DNA of 64,000 nucleotides, taken from contig NC_058368.1 of the NCBI RefSeq assembly GCF_018350175.1, forward strand, positions 178,128,001-178,192,000, read 5' to 3'. A program made the position numbers and the translations under genes. The notes beneath the pieces were generated by a model. The model was not told the DNA's origin. It searched no databases and worked only from the letters and a program-made list of their open reading frames with translations. The number at the start of each line of letters is the position of its first letter. Positions within the stretch are counted from its first letter, which is position 1. This document shows, one piece after another, positions 24,571 through 37,700 of this stretch. Origin of the DNA: Felis catus (lineage: Eukaryota).

Positions 24571-24976
24571 CAAACAACTTCTCTTCAAAGTTAGAAGCAG
24601 ATGCAATGAATGCCAATGATTGCTTTGCATGTTACCATTTTTAACCCCTGCTGTGTTCTTTCTGGCTTCTGGTGCCTTCTCAGATTCTGAGTCCCACTCC
24701 TCATCCAATTGACCCCCATTTCCTTCACTGTCCTGTCTACTCTTAGGTGGAAATATTTAGTGTTGGTGCACAGCGGCCTTCCCCAAAAGATGTCATATTG
24801 GAAGGTTTGTTGCTGAGAGGTCTCTAAATCTCTCTGCCTAAACACTCAGAAGGGCTGAATCAATTGGAATCAACACCGAGAAAAGAAAGGCCATTGTGTA
24901 TAGGTCTCTCGCCATGAATACACTGATCTAAGTCACCTGGGAAAATCATCTCAGGGGCTGTAGGATATATACTCAC

Positions 24977-25059
24977 AGCTTTCCAGTTGCAACTTGCATG
25001 TCTGTGTGTCCATGGGGTATTTAGACAGGTCCATGTTACATGCAACAGTCGTTGTGATT
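24977..25059 (-). CDS. GABRP: GABRP exon 6, Cys-loop ([27 protein letters not shown])
   Basis: cttag|A...T|gtgagt; 83 nt; C-x13-C signature loop. Confidence 0.98.
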
Positions 25060-27065
25060 CTAAGAAAGGAAAAATGGGTTCAAAAGGAGTGTTGTGGGGG
25101 AAAGTACACATTCCCTGTTAAGGGCAACTCCAAGAAGACTTTCACCTTGGCCCTTACAGTGAACGTGTGACTTGGAGCCTACACGCAAAACATTCCTGAG
25201 CTTTTCTGTGCTAAGTGACATCTTTGAGATGTGGTAAAAGCTGGGGCCCAGGATGGAGGAAGCAAGAATGTTGGCAATGAAGAGGCAAATGTGCAACATA
25301 TTGCAGAACAGAATCACTCATTGGCTTGAGATGCGTTTGCATCCAGTTTTAAAATTTAATCTTCATGACAAATGCACGAGGAGCTAGGACAGAGATCCCA
25401 ACACTGCTGTCACCATTTGACAACAGATTCCGGCTTGCCTTGGCTCACACAGCTCTTAGTGGCAGAGCTGGGGCTGGATCCCAGGTCTGCTGGCTGTGCA
25501 GTTCTCCAGGACCCTGCCTCCTGGAGGCGATCAGCATTCGCAGAGGAAGTGGAGGATGTTGGAGGGTCCCAGGCACTGTGGCTCTTAGGGACCAACATTC
25601 AGGGACATTCAATTAAACCTCAATAAAGCCCTCACAGTGGAGATTTCAACTGGCCCCCCTTTATCTCCCTTTTCCTTCAGTGTCATACATTTTTATTAAG
25701 TGCCGTCATTAAGCACTGTGCTGGGTTCTTGGGGAAAGTGAAATGTTGTGTTCATGGTGCCCACCTTGAGGAAGCTCCCTTAAGGGAGACAGAGTAACAA
25801 CAGCTACTATTTACTGAGCGCTTACCCTGAGCCAATCCCCAGGGAAAGTGCTTCACATGCATTATCCCTTTGAATTTATACAACAGCTTTACGAGGTAGG
25901 AAAAATCATTCTGCTTTTGCTGCTGAGGAAACCGAGGTTCAGAGAGTCTAGCAACTTGCCTAAGGTCACAGAGTAGGGACAGAACAGGGACTCACCCCCA
26001 AATATGTCTAATTCTAGAGCGAGGCTGTTAAATGTCATCTATAATTTGTAATCCTTGTACAAAAGAGATTATGTTATGTGCAAAATACAGACAGACACAT
26101 CCATGCACACACACGTACACACATGGGAAGAGTTAGTGTTGATTGGAGCTGGGTGTCATGGGAGAGGTCTAGTTTAGCTTCTTGAAAGAAGGGTTGGGGT
26201 TTGGGCTGGTTTTTGCATAATTCAGTGTGGCTGAGGAATGTCAGATGAGCAATCCAAAAATTCAGTTTATTGGTTAGCTCAGTCTTTGTTTCCTAACAGC
26301 AGGCTCTTACTTGGGATTTAAGAGTATTAGGTTCTCAGCCTTCTACCTAAGGACTGTGGGAGCATATGGTTTGCCCAGTCCTTGCACATCCCTTGTGCAA
26401 ACAGCCCTGAGCCTCTGCCTATGGGTTGCCTCTTGCAGCACCTAGGGAACACCTTCCCTATTCTAGCCAACCAGCCTCTTGATAAACTTCCACTGGGTGG
26501 AAGGAACTTTTGGCCTCAGGGATTTGGAGAAGAGACAAAGGGAGGCCGTGGTTGCAGATGACAGAGGCCTTGGGGCACTGCGCTTTGATTCTCTGTACAA
26601 AAATGGCTCAGACGAGTAGAGATGCATTCTGCAGCAACTCTAGCTCCACTAAGTCCCATGAAAGGAAAAATTTTTACATTTCCTCCTGCTGTTCCCGGTC
26701 TTCTCTTGCTAACTTCCTTTTACTCTTTAAGACTCAGCTTAGAGTTCTGTCTCTAACATACTCCCCAACTCCCTAGGATTCCGAACTTCCTTTTGTTATT
26801 CATCTGTGTCAGGACAATGTCTCATTCAGCGGTGTCCAGAGTGGGGCCTGGCCCAGAGCAGGCATTCAGTAGCTGCTTATTGAGCCAAACTGAACTGAGG
26901 AAGGGCCCTTCAATTGTAGGGACAAGAATCTAAGAAGGCAGGGGCATAACAAGGGTGGGACGTTGGGGTGCTTATCCGACAGCTGGTCAGAACTATCCAG
27001 GATTTATTTATGCCTTTTCTCCAGCCATCTCCCCTCCAGCCCTGCGGTTGCAGCCACCCAGTCAC

Positions 27066-27283
27066 CTGAGAGCATACAGGACTGTGCCATTGGAGAAGAG
27101 GCGGATGAGCCTGTTGCCCACAGTGACTTCATGGAGGAAGGACTTCTTGGACTCCACAATGTAAGTGTCCGGCACCCAGAGGAACTCCACAAGGCGCGCA
27201 TCCAGAGTGAAGCTCTTGTTGCCTTCAAATACCAGCCTCTGGTCCGTCCAGCGCTGTCTGAGGTATATGGTGGCTGTATAGTC
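27066..27283 (-). CDS. GABRP: GABRP exon 5 ([17 protein letters not shown]...WVPDTY...NGTVLYALR)
   Basis: ctcag|GAC...AG|gtgac; 218 nt; WxPD motif of Cys-loop receptors. Confidence 0.98.
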
Positions 27284-28078
27284 CTGAGGGGGAAGCCAGG
27301 TAGTGGAAATGGATTGGGGGGAGAAAGACTTTGAAAACGGAAGGGAAGGGGTCAAGTCTTATTCCCTTCCCCACCTCCACTTAGGTCAAGAGTACGTACT
27401 ATAATAGACACTGGTGAACAAAGTCTTATTCTTGGGGGAGCAGCCTGTTAGCAATAAGAGAAGAAAGCACCTTATCTGTTCTAGAGAGTAACTCTCACTG
27501 CCAAAAGGGAGCCCTGTAGGAGCATGTTTAGCGCCTTAACTTACTTACCTTCTATCACAAAAGCCCCTCCAAACCGTTGAAGGTTTTGGTGAGCTAAGTG
27601 CTTAGGTTGTCCAGGATTGTACCCGGACTGAACAGTGGGCCCCTTGGCAACCTGCTTTTTGTGTCAGCTTATCTGTACTGGGTGTTCTTAAGTGAGAGGA
27701 TGGTAGAAAGAAGTCATGCGAGTGTTGGTTTTCACTAGCTTAGCTTAGCTTCTGCCCTGGGAGGGTCCATGTGATATTCAGGCTTCCCCACTGCCCTTTG
27801 ATTCTCTCCCCGGTTTTCATCCCTTACCAAATGCACCTGCTCCCCTCCCTCATTTCTTCCCTCCTGGACTTTGAATCTACTTTCCTTCCTTTTCAGAAGA
27901 TCTGTTTTATAAGAATCTTCCACTCTCTTGAGTTTTGGGATAGGTTTCCAGCCTCTGCCATTCCAAGAGCATGGGGGCTGTGAGTCTCTGTTCTGTTTTT
28001 TGAGTAGCTAGAAGGTGTATCCCCATAAAACACGAGGAGAAGGTCTCCTCAGGTGGAAGATGAAGGGGCCACACTTAC

Positions 28079-28146
28079 CATGTTACTCTCTGAAATACTA
28101 GAAATACTTGCAATGTCCAGAGTCAGTGCTATCTGAACTGGTTCTC
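28079..28146 (-). CDS. GABRP: GABRP exon 4 (EPVQIALTLDIASISSISESNM)
   Basis: cttag|GA...ATG|gtaagt; 68 nt; too short for the ORF track, read by hand. Confidence 0.97.
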
Positions 28147-29916
28147 CTAAGAATGAAGAAAAAACCGGAAGGACTTACATAGAGACACAAACACACTACA
28201 TTAGCACAATGTTTCAAAAATTATAAAATTATGAAAGCAACATTCACCTATTGGAAAATTTTAACCACTCTAGAAGTATATAAAGCAAAAGGTGGATTTC
28301 TACCTGCCCCTGTCAGGAGGAACCATTGTGTAGAATGGGAAAAAATGTATGAAAAATGTTTGTATAAAAAATGCACACATATGTAAAAAGCTTAATGTGT
28401 AAGAGAGACCACACTACATTCATTAGTGCAGATTTTAAAGGATGTAGTTGTATTTGCTATTTCTTACTTGGAGGATTTTTCCTGTGGTGCTTTGCAAGGG
28501 ACAGATTATTTAGAAACGTAGTAGGGGATTTGGGATTTTGCACAGAGATCTTCATTTTTTTTCCCCCTCAACTAAGTAAATTTACCACAAGATGGCATTC
28601 AAGACTGCTCATGGTTGAGCTGCTCACCTCCTGATGCTTTGCTACTCTTCCTTTATTCTCCCCAAAGCCTAAACTATTTAGAATTCCAGAACCTTCCCCA
28701 TGAGATCTGGTATATAGATACTGGGCCTCAAGCTGAACTTCTGAGAGCGCCCGCCTCAGCTCTGGAGACAGAGGCCTTGGGGCCACCATTCTCAGAAGCC
28801 AGGCCAGGGCAGTGTATTCCTCCTCAGACTGGAGATGCAGAAGAAAAGCCCAGGAGTGAGAAAGATGTTGGCTTACAACTGGGAAGAGTTACCGAGTCTA
28901 TCGAAACTGCAGACTTCTCACCTACAAGTGGGGATAATGCTAATGACAACATAGAGTCATGGAGAGGGCTAAAGGAGATTCGGCATGTGGCAGCTCCTCT
29001 GCAGGATGGTGGCAAGAGGGATACATGTGAAGTGCCTGCCCAGCCAGATGTGTAGGAGGTGCTCACGAATAGTTATCTGTACAAAGATCCCAGGATTGTG
29101 TCTGTCACATAATAACAGAGGCTCAGTAAGTGGCATTTGCCTACCCCTCTTCTCCTCCTTAATCCTAGCTCATTCTGGAAAAAGAACAACTTTACTCACC
29201 AGGTTAACAGCTGCAACAACATTCTCTTGTAATAAAGAACTAGGGGTGTGTCAGGGGACTGTGACACTGCATTAACCAGGAAGAGGGGAGGTGAAATTCA
29301 AAGGAAGCTTAAAACCATCTAATTGGTAGGAATCAGACAAAGCGACCTACTTATTCACAGGAGGAAACTAAGCCATAGAATATCGGTGGGAATTTGGAAG
29401 TGAAGTTTTAGAACCAATGCAATTAAAAGTAACAAAGTAAATGCTTGGTGTTAATACTTGGTGGAAAAGTGGGAGATCTTTGAGGACAGACTGTGGAAGG
29501 TGCTGAAGGAGTATGGTGCTAGGTGGCTTTCTGCCCCTCAAGGCAGAAATTGAGAAAAGGAGCTTGGAGCCAGAGTGTTTGAATCCTATGCCCACCACTT
29601 CATAGCTGTGTGACCTTGAGCAAATTGCTAAGCTACAATTTCTCACCTATAAAATAGAGCTACTAGTGACTGGTATTATGGGTTGGGTTGGGAAAGTTAC
29701 AAGATCTATTTTAAGTGCCTGGAGCACAGTAGGCAGTGGCTGAGTGTTATTTGCTCTCCCTGAGGAACATGGAGAACAGAAAACACACAAAAGTTCCATC
29801 CCACTGTGCTTTCTGTTTACTTTGTATCTAATTAGTCCAGTCTGGGCCTTGCTTCAGTTGGCTTCTTTAGGGACCAGAACTTGCTTTCTTCCCCTTGAGT
29901 TATCAAAGTAAGCTGT

Positions 29917-29932
29917 GCCACCAGAGGGCAGC
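29917..29932 (+). promoter_or_regulatory. CTCF consensus motif GCCACCAGAGGGCAGC (GABRP intron 3)
   Basis: Near-perfect match to the CCASYAGRKGGCRS core. Confidence 0.6.
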
Positions 29933-32135
29933 TTCCTCCTAGGAAAGAGGTCAAAGTCAGTTCCTGGACAGTGTTCTTAGGGCTTGTTTATAAATCTGTG
30001 CTTTGTGTACCTTGTTCCCGGAAAAACCCTATGGAGGTCTTTTCTCTTAAGGACCCCAGGGACCTAAAACCTGGGTGGACAGGCAGTACAGAAAACATGG
30101 CTGCTCCACGGAACTCCCGGCCACCACGTAAATGTAGTTCCTTTAGGAGACAGATTGCCAAGGTGTTGGGGCTCACCTTCTTTTTGACTAAGGACCGCTT
30201 ACCCCCTTCTCCCCCCAGGTGGATCTGGGCCTCACCCTCTTTGGGTCCACCCCAGATTCATTGCCCAAGAATCTAGCCTCTTGTCAACCTATGAACAGGC
30301 AACAAGAAGGGCAGTATCCTGGCCTATTGTTTGGGGTTTGGGAGGCAGAGGAATTGGATCTAACCAGGGTGTACAGACTCACATGTTTGTCATTAGTGTC
30401 CTGCTGGGCCTGGGAAGACTAGGGGAGGTTGAAGCCTTCCTAGGTTTGTTAACGTAAGGAGCTCAAATCTTAATTGTGTGGCCATGAAAATGGTCTGTGC
30501 TCTGAAATCTGTTTGTGCACTTGCTCTGAGGCCATGCTTCCCGAAGGCTGCACCCCACCAGTGACTGAGTGTGGCGGGGCTATGAAGGCACACTGTTCCT
30601 GGGAGGCAGAGATAGGAGATTCCTCTGATGGCAAATTTGGCTCCAGGATTCTCTGGGGCCCTTCCACACACACATAGAACCGTAGTGTAGTCTATGACAC
30701 CTCTGCCCAACCTTCCTTCCCTCCCTCTCTGCTTCCCCCGCGGTCAGCTTCCCTCTCTTCCCACGCCACATTCTGTCATAGATATTGCCCCAGTGAATAT
30801 CATGCATGGATAATTCCCTTTTGTGTTGGCTCTCTAGTGGACTAACCCACTAATCCTAGATTTGACCAGAGAATTTTGTCATGTGAGGGGAGGAGCAGGA
30901 AGGAAAGGGGATTAGAATAGACTGCATCCTGATGATATGGCAGGTGCCATGGTTCTTATTCACACACTTCATTTCAATCAGTCCTCTCTGTGAGGCAGAA
31001 GATATATCCCCACTTTATAGAGAGGTGACTTAGAAAGCTAAGGTGCTGGGCAAGCAGTAGAGCCAGGAGCCAAATGGAGGTTTGTTCAACTCCAAACCTC
31101 TTTCTACCACTTTATGCTCTGCGTAAGGAGACATTAGAGACACAGAGAGACTGAGACTCTGTGAGGAGGTATATTATTGGTTTCATCCCTCCCTCTTTCC
31201 CTCCTGCCATCAATAAATACTAATCGACCACTTGCTGTATGCCAAGCACTGAGCTGCTGCTAGGGTTGGTGAGGTAACTTTACTGAGGTAAATAAAGCAA
31301 GACTCCCCCAAGAGACTGTAGCCTAAAGCTGAGACAGATGTAAAACCAGTGGCAACGATGGTATTGCCAGGTAGTGGCTAGGATTTGGAAGTATGTTCAA
31401 AGTAAAGTGTGAAGAATGGGGATAGGGCCTAGAGGAATCAGGGCTGGCTTCTCACAGGAGGAAGCCTTCGATTAGAGCCGTGAAGAAAAATTGGCATTTT
31501 GCCAGGGAGGGAATTTGAAAGAAGCTGTTCTCAGCAGATAAACAGTCTCAGCAAAGGCAGGAGACCAGGGAAGCCAAGGAGGTCAGGGGGTGTTTGGGGC
31601 ACACTCCTGGCAGGGCGTAGCGGGAGGAGTTGGGGCAGACGAGACTGGCAGAGATAGAGACTGGCCTAGGAAGGCCCTGGTGTGCCACGCAAAGGGCTCT
31701 GGACTCTATGCTGAGGATGCTGGGACATAGGCAGGTATTTTGAGCAGGAAAAGGACCCAGGCAGGTCATCTAGGTGGCACCGTTGGGGGTTAGCCTTGAG
31801 TGACCAGGCTGGAGGCAGGAAGACTAGGTGGCATGGTCCTTAAATAATGACACTGGAAGTGGGGGTAGAAGGAAGACAGTGTGTAGGAGGTTGTTAGAGG
31901 CTCTAGTCACCTCCTCAGCTGGGAAGAGGATTTCTTCCTCTCGCAGGTTGAGAAGCAAAGCACGTTCTTCAAAATAGTGTGAAAATCACTTGCTGTCCTC
32001 ATCCATTATTGCTAATCCTTAACAGGTTGTAGATCAGAAAAAGGAGTCAACTAAAATCTCCTGAAACCCTCCTCTGCATATTGTCTCTGTTCTCCTTCTT
32101 TTGAATTGTCGTACTGGACAGAAAGGATGACCTAC

Positions 32136-32254
32136 CACCAAAATTGGGCCTGAGAAATTTATTATATCCTGCTGTGAGATTCTCAAAGCCAGGCAGGGAG
32201 AGCTTGTCACTTCTGCTGACCTCAATGTTGAACTGATTCCCCTGGATGCACATC
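32136..32254 (-). CDS. GABRP: GABRP exon 3 ([39 protein letters not shown])
   Basis: ttccag|G...G|gtagg; 119 nt; GYNKFLRP motif typical of GABA-A subunits. Confidence 0.98.
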
Positions 32255-32505
32255 CTGGAAAAGAAGATGAGTGTTGCTTATCTGTGAATAAGCATGTACA
32301 CACACAAACTTGAGCTTGTGTTTGCATGTATGTCTGTGTGTTGTGCCCATGTACCAGTGGTGACTTTCCCAGAGAGAAATCTCTAATTTTAAGCTGCTGA
32401 ATTAATATGTCATTATCCCATTCCATTTTATTACCCATTTGCCATACCTCAGAATGCTGAGGTAATTTGGGAACCCCTCCAAGTGTCTTTAGAAAAAACA
32501 TAAGT

Positions 32506-32673
32506 GGGGGTGCCTGGGTGGGTTAGTTGGTTAAGTGCCCAACTCTTGATGTTGGCTTAGGTCATGATCTCACAGTTCGTGGAATAAGCCCCCACAGTAG
32601 GCTCTGCACTAACATCACAGCACCTGCTTTGAATTCTCTCTCTCTCTTCCTCCTCCATCTCTCATGAGCACAT

Positions 32674-32730
<57 letters not shown>

Positions 32731-32752
32731 GTAAATAAACATTTAAAAAAAA
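32506..32752 (+). mobile_element. Can-SINE in GABRP intron 2 with expanded (CT)n at 32675-32727
   Basis: GGGGTGCCTGGGTGG head, CT tract, AATAAAC tail. Confidence 0.9.
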
Positions 32753-32954
32753 CCCACAATGTTTCACCCATGTATGACCATTTTGGAAGCTTGAATAAAT
32801 GGCAGGGAGTTGTGTTGTCTGGGTGTTTCAAGGAGGTGGACAGACTAGGCTTTGTCTTGCCATTAGTTTCTTACTAATGACCTGCCACCCTTCCTACTTC
32901 AACCACATACTCAAAGCAATTCAGACCAAGGTCATTATAGGGCAGCAAACTCAC

Positions 32955-33007
32955 CTTGGAGTCAAGAGACTCAGACACACAAAGGTCAAATGGAGAATGT
33001 ATTTCAT
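32955..33007 (-). CDS. GABRP: GABRP exon 2 coding part, signal peptide MKYILHLTFVCLSLLTP(R); the exon starts at 33051 (ttttcccag|GTGATTG)
   Basis: ATG at 33007 in context AACATGA; hydrophobic leader homologous to human MNYSLHLAFVCLSLFTER; donor AG|gtgagt; 53 nt. Confidence 0.95.
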
Positions 33008-34164
33008 GTTGACAAGGCGCTCACGCAGAGAGGGGCCAAAGTAGCAATCACCTGGGAAAACAGATGGGCAAGGCAGGAGAGGTGACCCAAAGGGCTCACC
33101 TCTGCCAAGCCCAGCTCCGTCCTGTGGGTCATCAGCCGCAGCAGTTTTTCAAAATGTGTGGAGAGCAGCCTCTTTCTATACCATTTGGTTATCCCTCCCA
33201 TTCCCTGCATGCCATCCAGGAATGACTCCATTTTGGAGGATCATCATGTTAAATCCAACCCAAATAAAGGCTGACACCTTGTTTAGAGAGTAGTTCACCA
33301 GCCCCAGAAATGCAGCCAGTCCATCCTGGACTGTGTATTTTGGAAACCCCAGGACTGTCCTTACCCTCTCCTTATCTTGACTTTGCCAGGAAGGACATCC
33401 CCTACTAGGTACTCACCCCGACTATGCCATTTATCCAAGGGTCTAAGTCTATTAAGCAGGTCATGTAGACAGGAAATGAAAACTTCCCAATAATAAACAA
33501 ACACACAAGTAGACTTTCCAAGAACCATCCATGTGCAAGGAATACATTAGATACTTTCCCACGGATCTTCTCACTCCGTGTCCCAGTGCCGTTGTGAGGT
33601 GGGTAGGTTAATCCCGAACTGGGATGAGCAGACAGAGGCTCACAGAAAGGTCACTGTGCTAGTGAATGTCAGAGGAGACTTTGAGTCCAGGGCTGGCAGC
33701 CTCACACCAGTGATATCGCCTGCTCTCCCAACCTCCCAGACCTGCTCCCTGGGCACGCTAAAGCTGTTCAGCTGGTTAGGTGAGCATGAGGACCGTCAGG
33801 GAAGGCATGGCCCCAGGGCCTGGCCTCCTCAGGCTTGGGAGCTACTGTCAGATGTTCCTCTGAGAGAGTAGCCAGCAGCCAGGCAGGTGAGCCTGTGACC
33901 TGTCATGATGGTGACAGCAGAGTGGGGGTTCTCGGGTGCAGCTCTGGCCTTGTACCTAGGCAGGCAGTCCCAGGGTGGCTCGTCCCCTTCCTCTGTGGCA
34001 ACTTGTGTCAACCAGGCTACTTTCAAGAGGCTAACCATTCTGGGGCTTAGGATATGATTCAACAATTAATTAACTAATATAATTTTACCTACAAAATGGA
34101 TACATGCTCATTGTGGAAGTGAAAAAGAAGACAGAAATGTAGAAAGTTGAAAGTAGAAGTCCCA

Positions 34165-34300
34165 ATGATGTGTCCTGTAGGTTCATCAGCTTAACAAATG
34201 TACCACTCTGGTGGGGGATGTGATAGTGGGGAAGGTTGTGTGTGGGGTGGGTGGGGGGCACAATTTTATTATGAACCCAAAATTTCTCTAAAAAATAAAG
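34165..34300 (+). mobile_element. L1MC-like 3' end fragment within older L1ME-like/MIR sequence (intron 1)
   Basis: AACAAATGTACCACTCTGGTGGGGGATG...CTAAAAAATAAAG. Confidence 0.7.
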
Positions 34301-36265
34301 GCTCTTCCTCACTTCCCTCTAGTCTTGTACCTCAGAGACAATCAACTGTCAACAGTTGTTTTATCTACGCATATATACATGTATATAAATATGAAGAAAA
34401 CAATTAAAAAGGAAAATTGGTGTTATAGCATGCATTTTTTTGCTACTTACTTGTTTTGCTTGATAATGATAGCAAACATTTATTATATATTTAATGCATG
34501 TTTGCACTCTGCTAAGAATCTTGGAAATCCTTGTGACTCATTAAAGTCCTGACTACCATTCTCCTCATTTTCCCAAATGAAACAGCTGAGGCTTAGAGAG
34601 AATAAGAAGCAGTCCCAAGGTTGTATGGCAAGTGAGGGGCAGACTGAATCCAGGCAAGCTGACCCAATCACTTTTAACCACTACACCATGACACAATGCT
34701 CTTTTCCAATGTCAGAGACCTCTCCGTGTCAGTTCCTACAGATCTGCTTCATTCCTCCTAATGGTTCAAAGTATGTCGTAAGATCAGCATACCAACATTT
34801 ATATAACACATGTCCTGCTTATGGTACTAAGTTATTTCCACATGTTTTACTGTTACAAAATCAGCAATGAGCATCTTTGCATGTGTGTAAGGTTCTAGAA
34901 CTCTGCACTTCTTCATATTCCTGTACCCCAGCCCTTTCCTTCTCACTCATCTTTTGATGAATCAACATTATCAGTCCACCAATGATCATATTCAAACTTT
35001 CTCCCTTTAGTTCATCTTCCCAGTCTCTGTCCATTCCCCCGTCCCCAGCATCATTCCCTCCATTCCCTCATTCAATTTTCCAAAGGCTTTACAAGCTCCT
35101 TCTGGGAATCAGATATGTATGAGGTATCCACCAGAGCTCCCATCTAGTGAGAGAGAGGGAGTGTAAGCAGTGAAGTGACACAGTGTTCCTGTGACTGTCC
35201 TGTAACAGGGGCTGAGGCAAAGGATCCATGGTGTGCAAAGGAAGTGAGTGATCAGTTCCATTGGTGGAGGGTGGGACAGTGCCAGAATGGAAGTCATAGA
35301 GAAGGTCATTAGATTCTTGAAGAATGTGTTTGCATTTTTTCCAGGTGAACAAAGAAAGGTGGAGCCCTCCAGATGCTGGGCAAAGATATGGAGGCTTGCC
35401 CACCAACACTCTCCTACCCACTTATGCTCAGTCTCTGCCCTCTAGCCCATGGCCATCTGTAACTTCTCCCTAGTCTGGTCTGAATTAGCTTCTTTCTCAT
35501 TTTGGGATACTCCTAAATTCTTTCTCTTCCTATGTGAAATTGAACTTTATCAGGCAAGTTGGGGAACAATCTAGCTTCAGCTCTAAGACCCCTATTGAAT
35601 CGTGTTTTCCCCGTGCCCAGCCCTATGTTAGGAAGTGAGAATGTTTGGGCCTTGGGCCTCTGAATCTGCCCCAAGGAATCTCATGTCCTAAAAGGCTTTG
35701 CCCACACCAGACCTGGAAATGTGATCCCATTTGTCCCTGCTTATCTTGTCAGGTTGCTGAGCATGTCTCATTTTATTAAGGAGGAAAAGAGAGGGAGAGA
35801 AAGCCCTCTAGATGCTCTCAGGTGCTATAGGTGCTGTGTTTGGTGCTTAATCGCATTTAATTCTCATGAACATCTGGCCTAGTAGGTGTTAATTTCTGGA
35901 GTTGGATCTCAGATTGGTGAAGGGATTTGGCCAAGGCCACATAGGAGTTAAGTGCCATGATTTGAATCCAGGTCTTCTTCCAAAACCCTGTTCTTTGCGC
36001 TGCATTTGGGAAGACGACCCCAGCTCCCAAAGTGAACTAGATTACACTTGTCTCTGGTCCTTCTTTCACCAAATCCATCTCTGGGGTAGAGTGCTGTATC
36101 TCCAGTATGTCCCAAATGGCAACTGCACTGGTGTGTTTTCCTCTCATGTGGCGATAGAGCCAACCATCAAGTGACGATTTGTGTATCCACCCGCCTGAAT
36201 GAAGGCTCCAGCCACCAGTGCTGATACAGATGATGGGAATGGCATTTAGCAGAGTCACCCACTGA

Positions 36266-36281
36266 GCCACCAGAGGGCAGT
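36266..36281 (+). promoter_or_regulatory. CTCF consensus motif GCCACCAGAGGGCAGT (GABRP intron 1)
   Basis: Same 15-mer as at 29917, same orientation. Confidence 0.6.
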
Positions 36282-37327
36282 GCCCTGAGGGTTGTCGCCA
36301 CAGCTACAGGGGACCTGGAGAGTCCAGCTGCATCTACCCTGCGCACCTGTGGGGAACATGGGACTCTCGATGTTCCTGGAGGCTCCTGAGTAGGGGCGGC
36401 CTATGAACTCTTCCCCTACTCTGAGGAGCTTTCTGCCAGGATCTCTCCTCTACTTCTAGAAGAGAGCTTGAGCTTTGGATTGATACACCTGAGTCATTTA
36501 ACCTTTCAGAGTCTGGGCTTTCCTATCTGACAAACGGGAGGAGAAAACACTCAATAAATATTAATTTTCATTCTCCTCTCCTTTCTGCCTCTGTGGGGAC
36601 TTCATTGATCCCACCATGACCATGAGGACCAAAGCTCAATCTCTTTCTATACCCCCTGCTGCCACCCACGGTATGAGCTGACTACAGCATCCTCTTGAGG
36701 GCACTCATTTTGGTATCACCTCCAGAAGGACGGGGTCACACACAGGACTTCAGGGTCACCTACGTGGCAGATGGCAGCTTTCTCTGGATTGGCTCTGAGA
36801 AGCAGAGGTAATTGCAGTACATGCAGGTTTCTGCTCCCATTCCCAGAATCCCCATCACATAGACAGTGAGCCCCAAAAGCGTCATGCCCAGCCTCCTTCT
36901 CACGCAGGCACAGCTCCCTGACTTCTGTCACTTCAGCACAGACAGAATCATTTGCTGGGAAGCAGGAGTGGAGCCCAAATTAGGTTGAGGTGAGGAAAGG
37001 GATTATTGCCTTGGGCCCTCCCTAAGAAAATCACAGCAGGTGAAGTTGTGTGGTGGGGGCCTGGTCTGCAGCACAGAAAGGAAGGTCAGGCAAGAGGAGC
37101 TGTCATCTCGGCTCTTCCACTGACTCGGAGACTATATTACTTCTCCCTGAGGTTTAGTTTCTTCCACTATGAAATGGGAGAGTAATCAATAGTTCTTCAG
37201 ACAGCAGTGGATAGGTGCTTAGCAAATTCTAGGCGAGGGCCCCTCCCCTCACTCCCAGCACAGCTTGTATCTGAATCTCCTTCCCTCTCCTCCCTCCAAG
37301 TACCAGAGGGGCCAGCAATTCTCTTAC

Positions 37328-37445
37328 CAGGCAGCTGCTGAGGCCCTGTTAGGGCAGGTCCTTCAGGCTTTCAGGCTGGGCATTCAGGCAGGACATGATC
37401 TTCTGGGTCCCCAAGAGTCTCCTCATCCTCAGTCCTGACTCCTTG
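37328..37445 (-). other. GABRP: GABRP exon 1 (non-coding 5'UTR exon); 5' boundary/TSS approximate
   Basis: Minus strand reads GGACTGAGGATGAGGAGACTCTTGGGGACCCAGAAG...CAGCAGCTGCCTG|gtaaga. It resembles the recalled human GABRP mRNA leader, has a strong donor at 37327, and splices to the acceptor before 33051. Confidence 0.85.
37349..37426 (-). other. Upstream ORF in GABRP exon 1, 25 aa (MRRLLGTQKIMSCLNAQPESLKDLP-stop)
   Basis: ATG at 37426 with A at -3; TAA at 37351-37349; lies wholly within exon 1. Confidence 0.7.
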
Positions 37446-37700
37446 GATGCAGGCACAGGCCACTCTCTGATGGAGTGGCTCACTCCATGGGGTAGACAGA
37501 GCTGCAGGACCGGCTAGGCAGGCCAGTGGGCGGGGCTTCCCGCAGCTCCTCCCCTGGGTGGAGCTCTGACCTGGTCCTGGCTGTCTGTGGGAATCACTCA
37601 GCTCCTGCTATGGCTATTGGCTGCCAGGAGTTTGATTCTGAGTTGGTGTCTCAGCTGAGCTCCTGGACCACAGCCAGCAAAGATCAAAGACCCATGGAAG
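37446..37700 (-). promoter_or_regulatory. GABRP proximal promoter with GC box (GGGCGGGGC at 37528-37536); no CpG island, no clear TATA
   Basis: Position immediately upstream of exon 1; Sp/KLF consensus seen directly. Confidence 0.6.

Noticed and set aside
32034..32501. 155-aa ORF overlapping exon 3 in another frame
   Set aside because: Mostly intronic; the true GABRP frame is fixed by splice phases and homology
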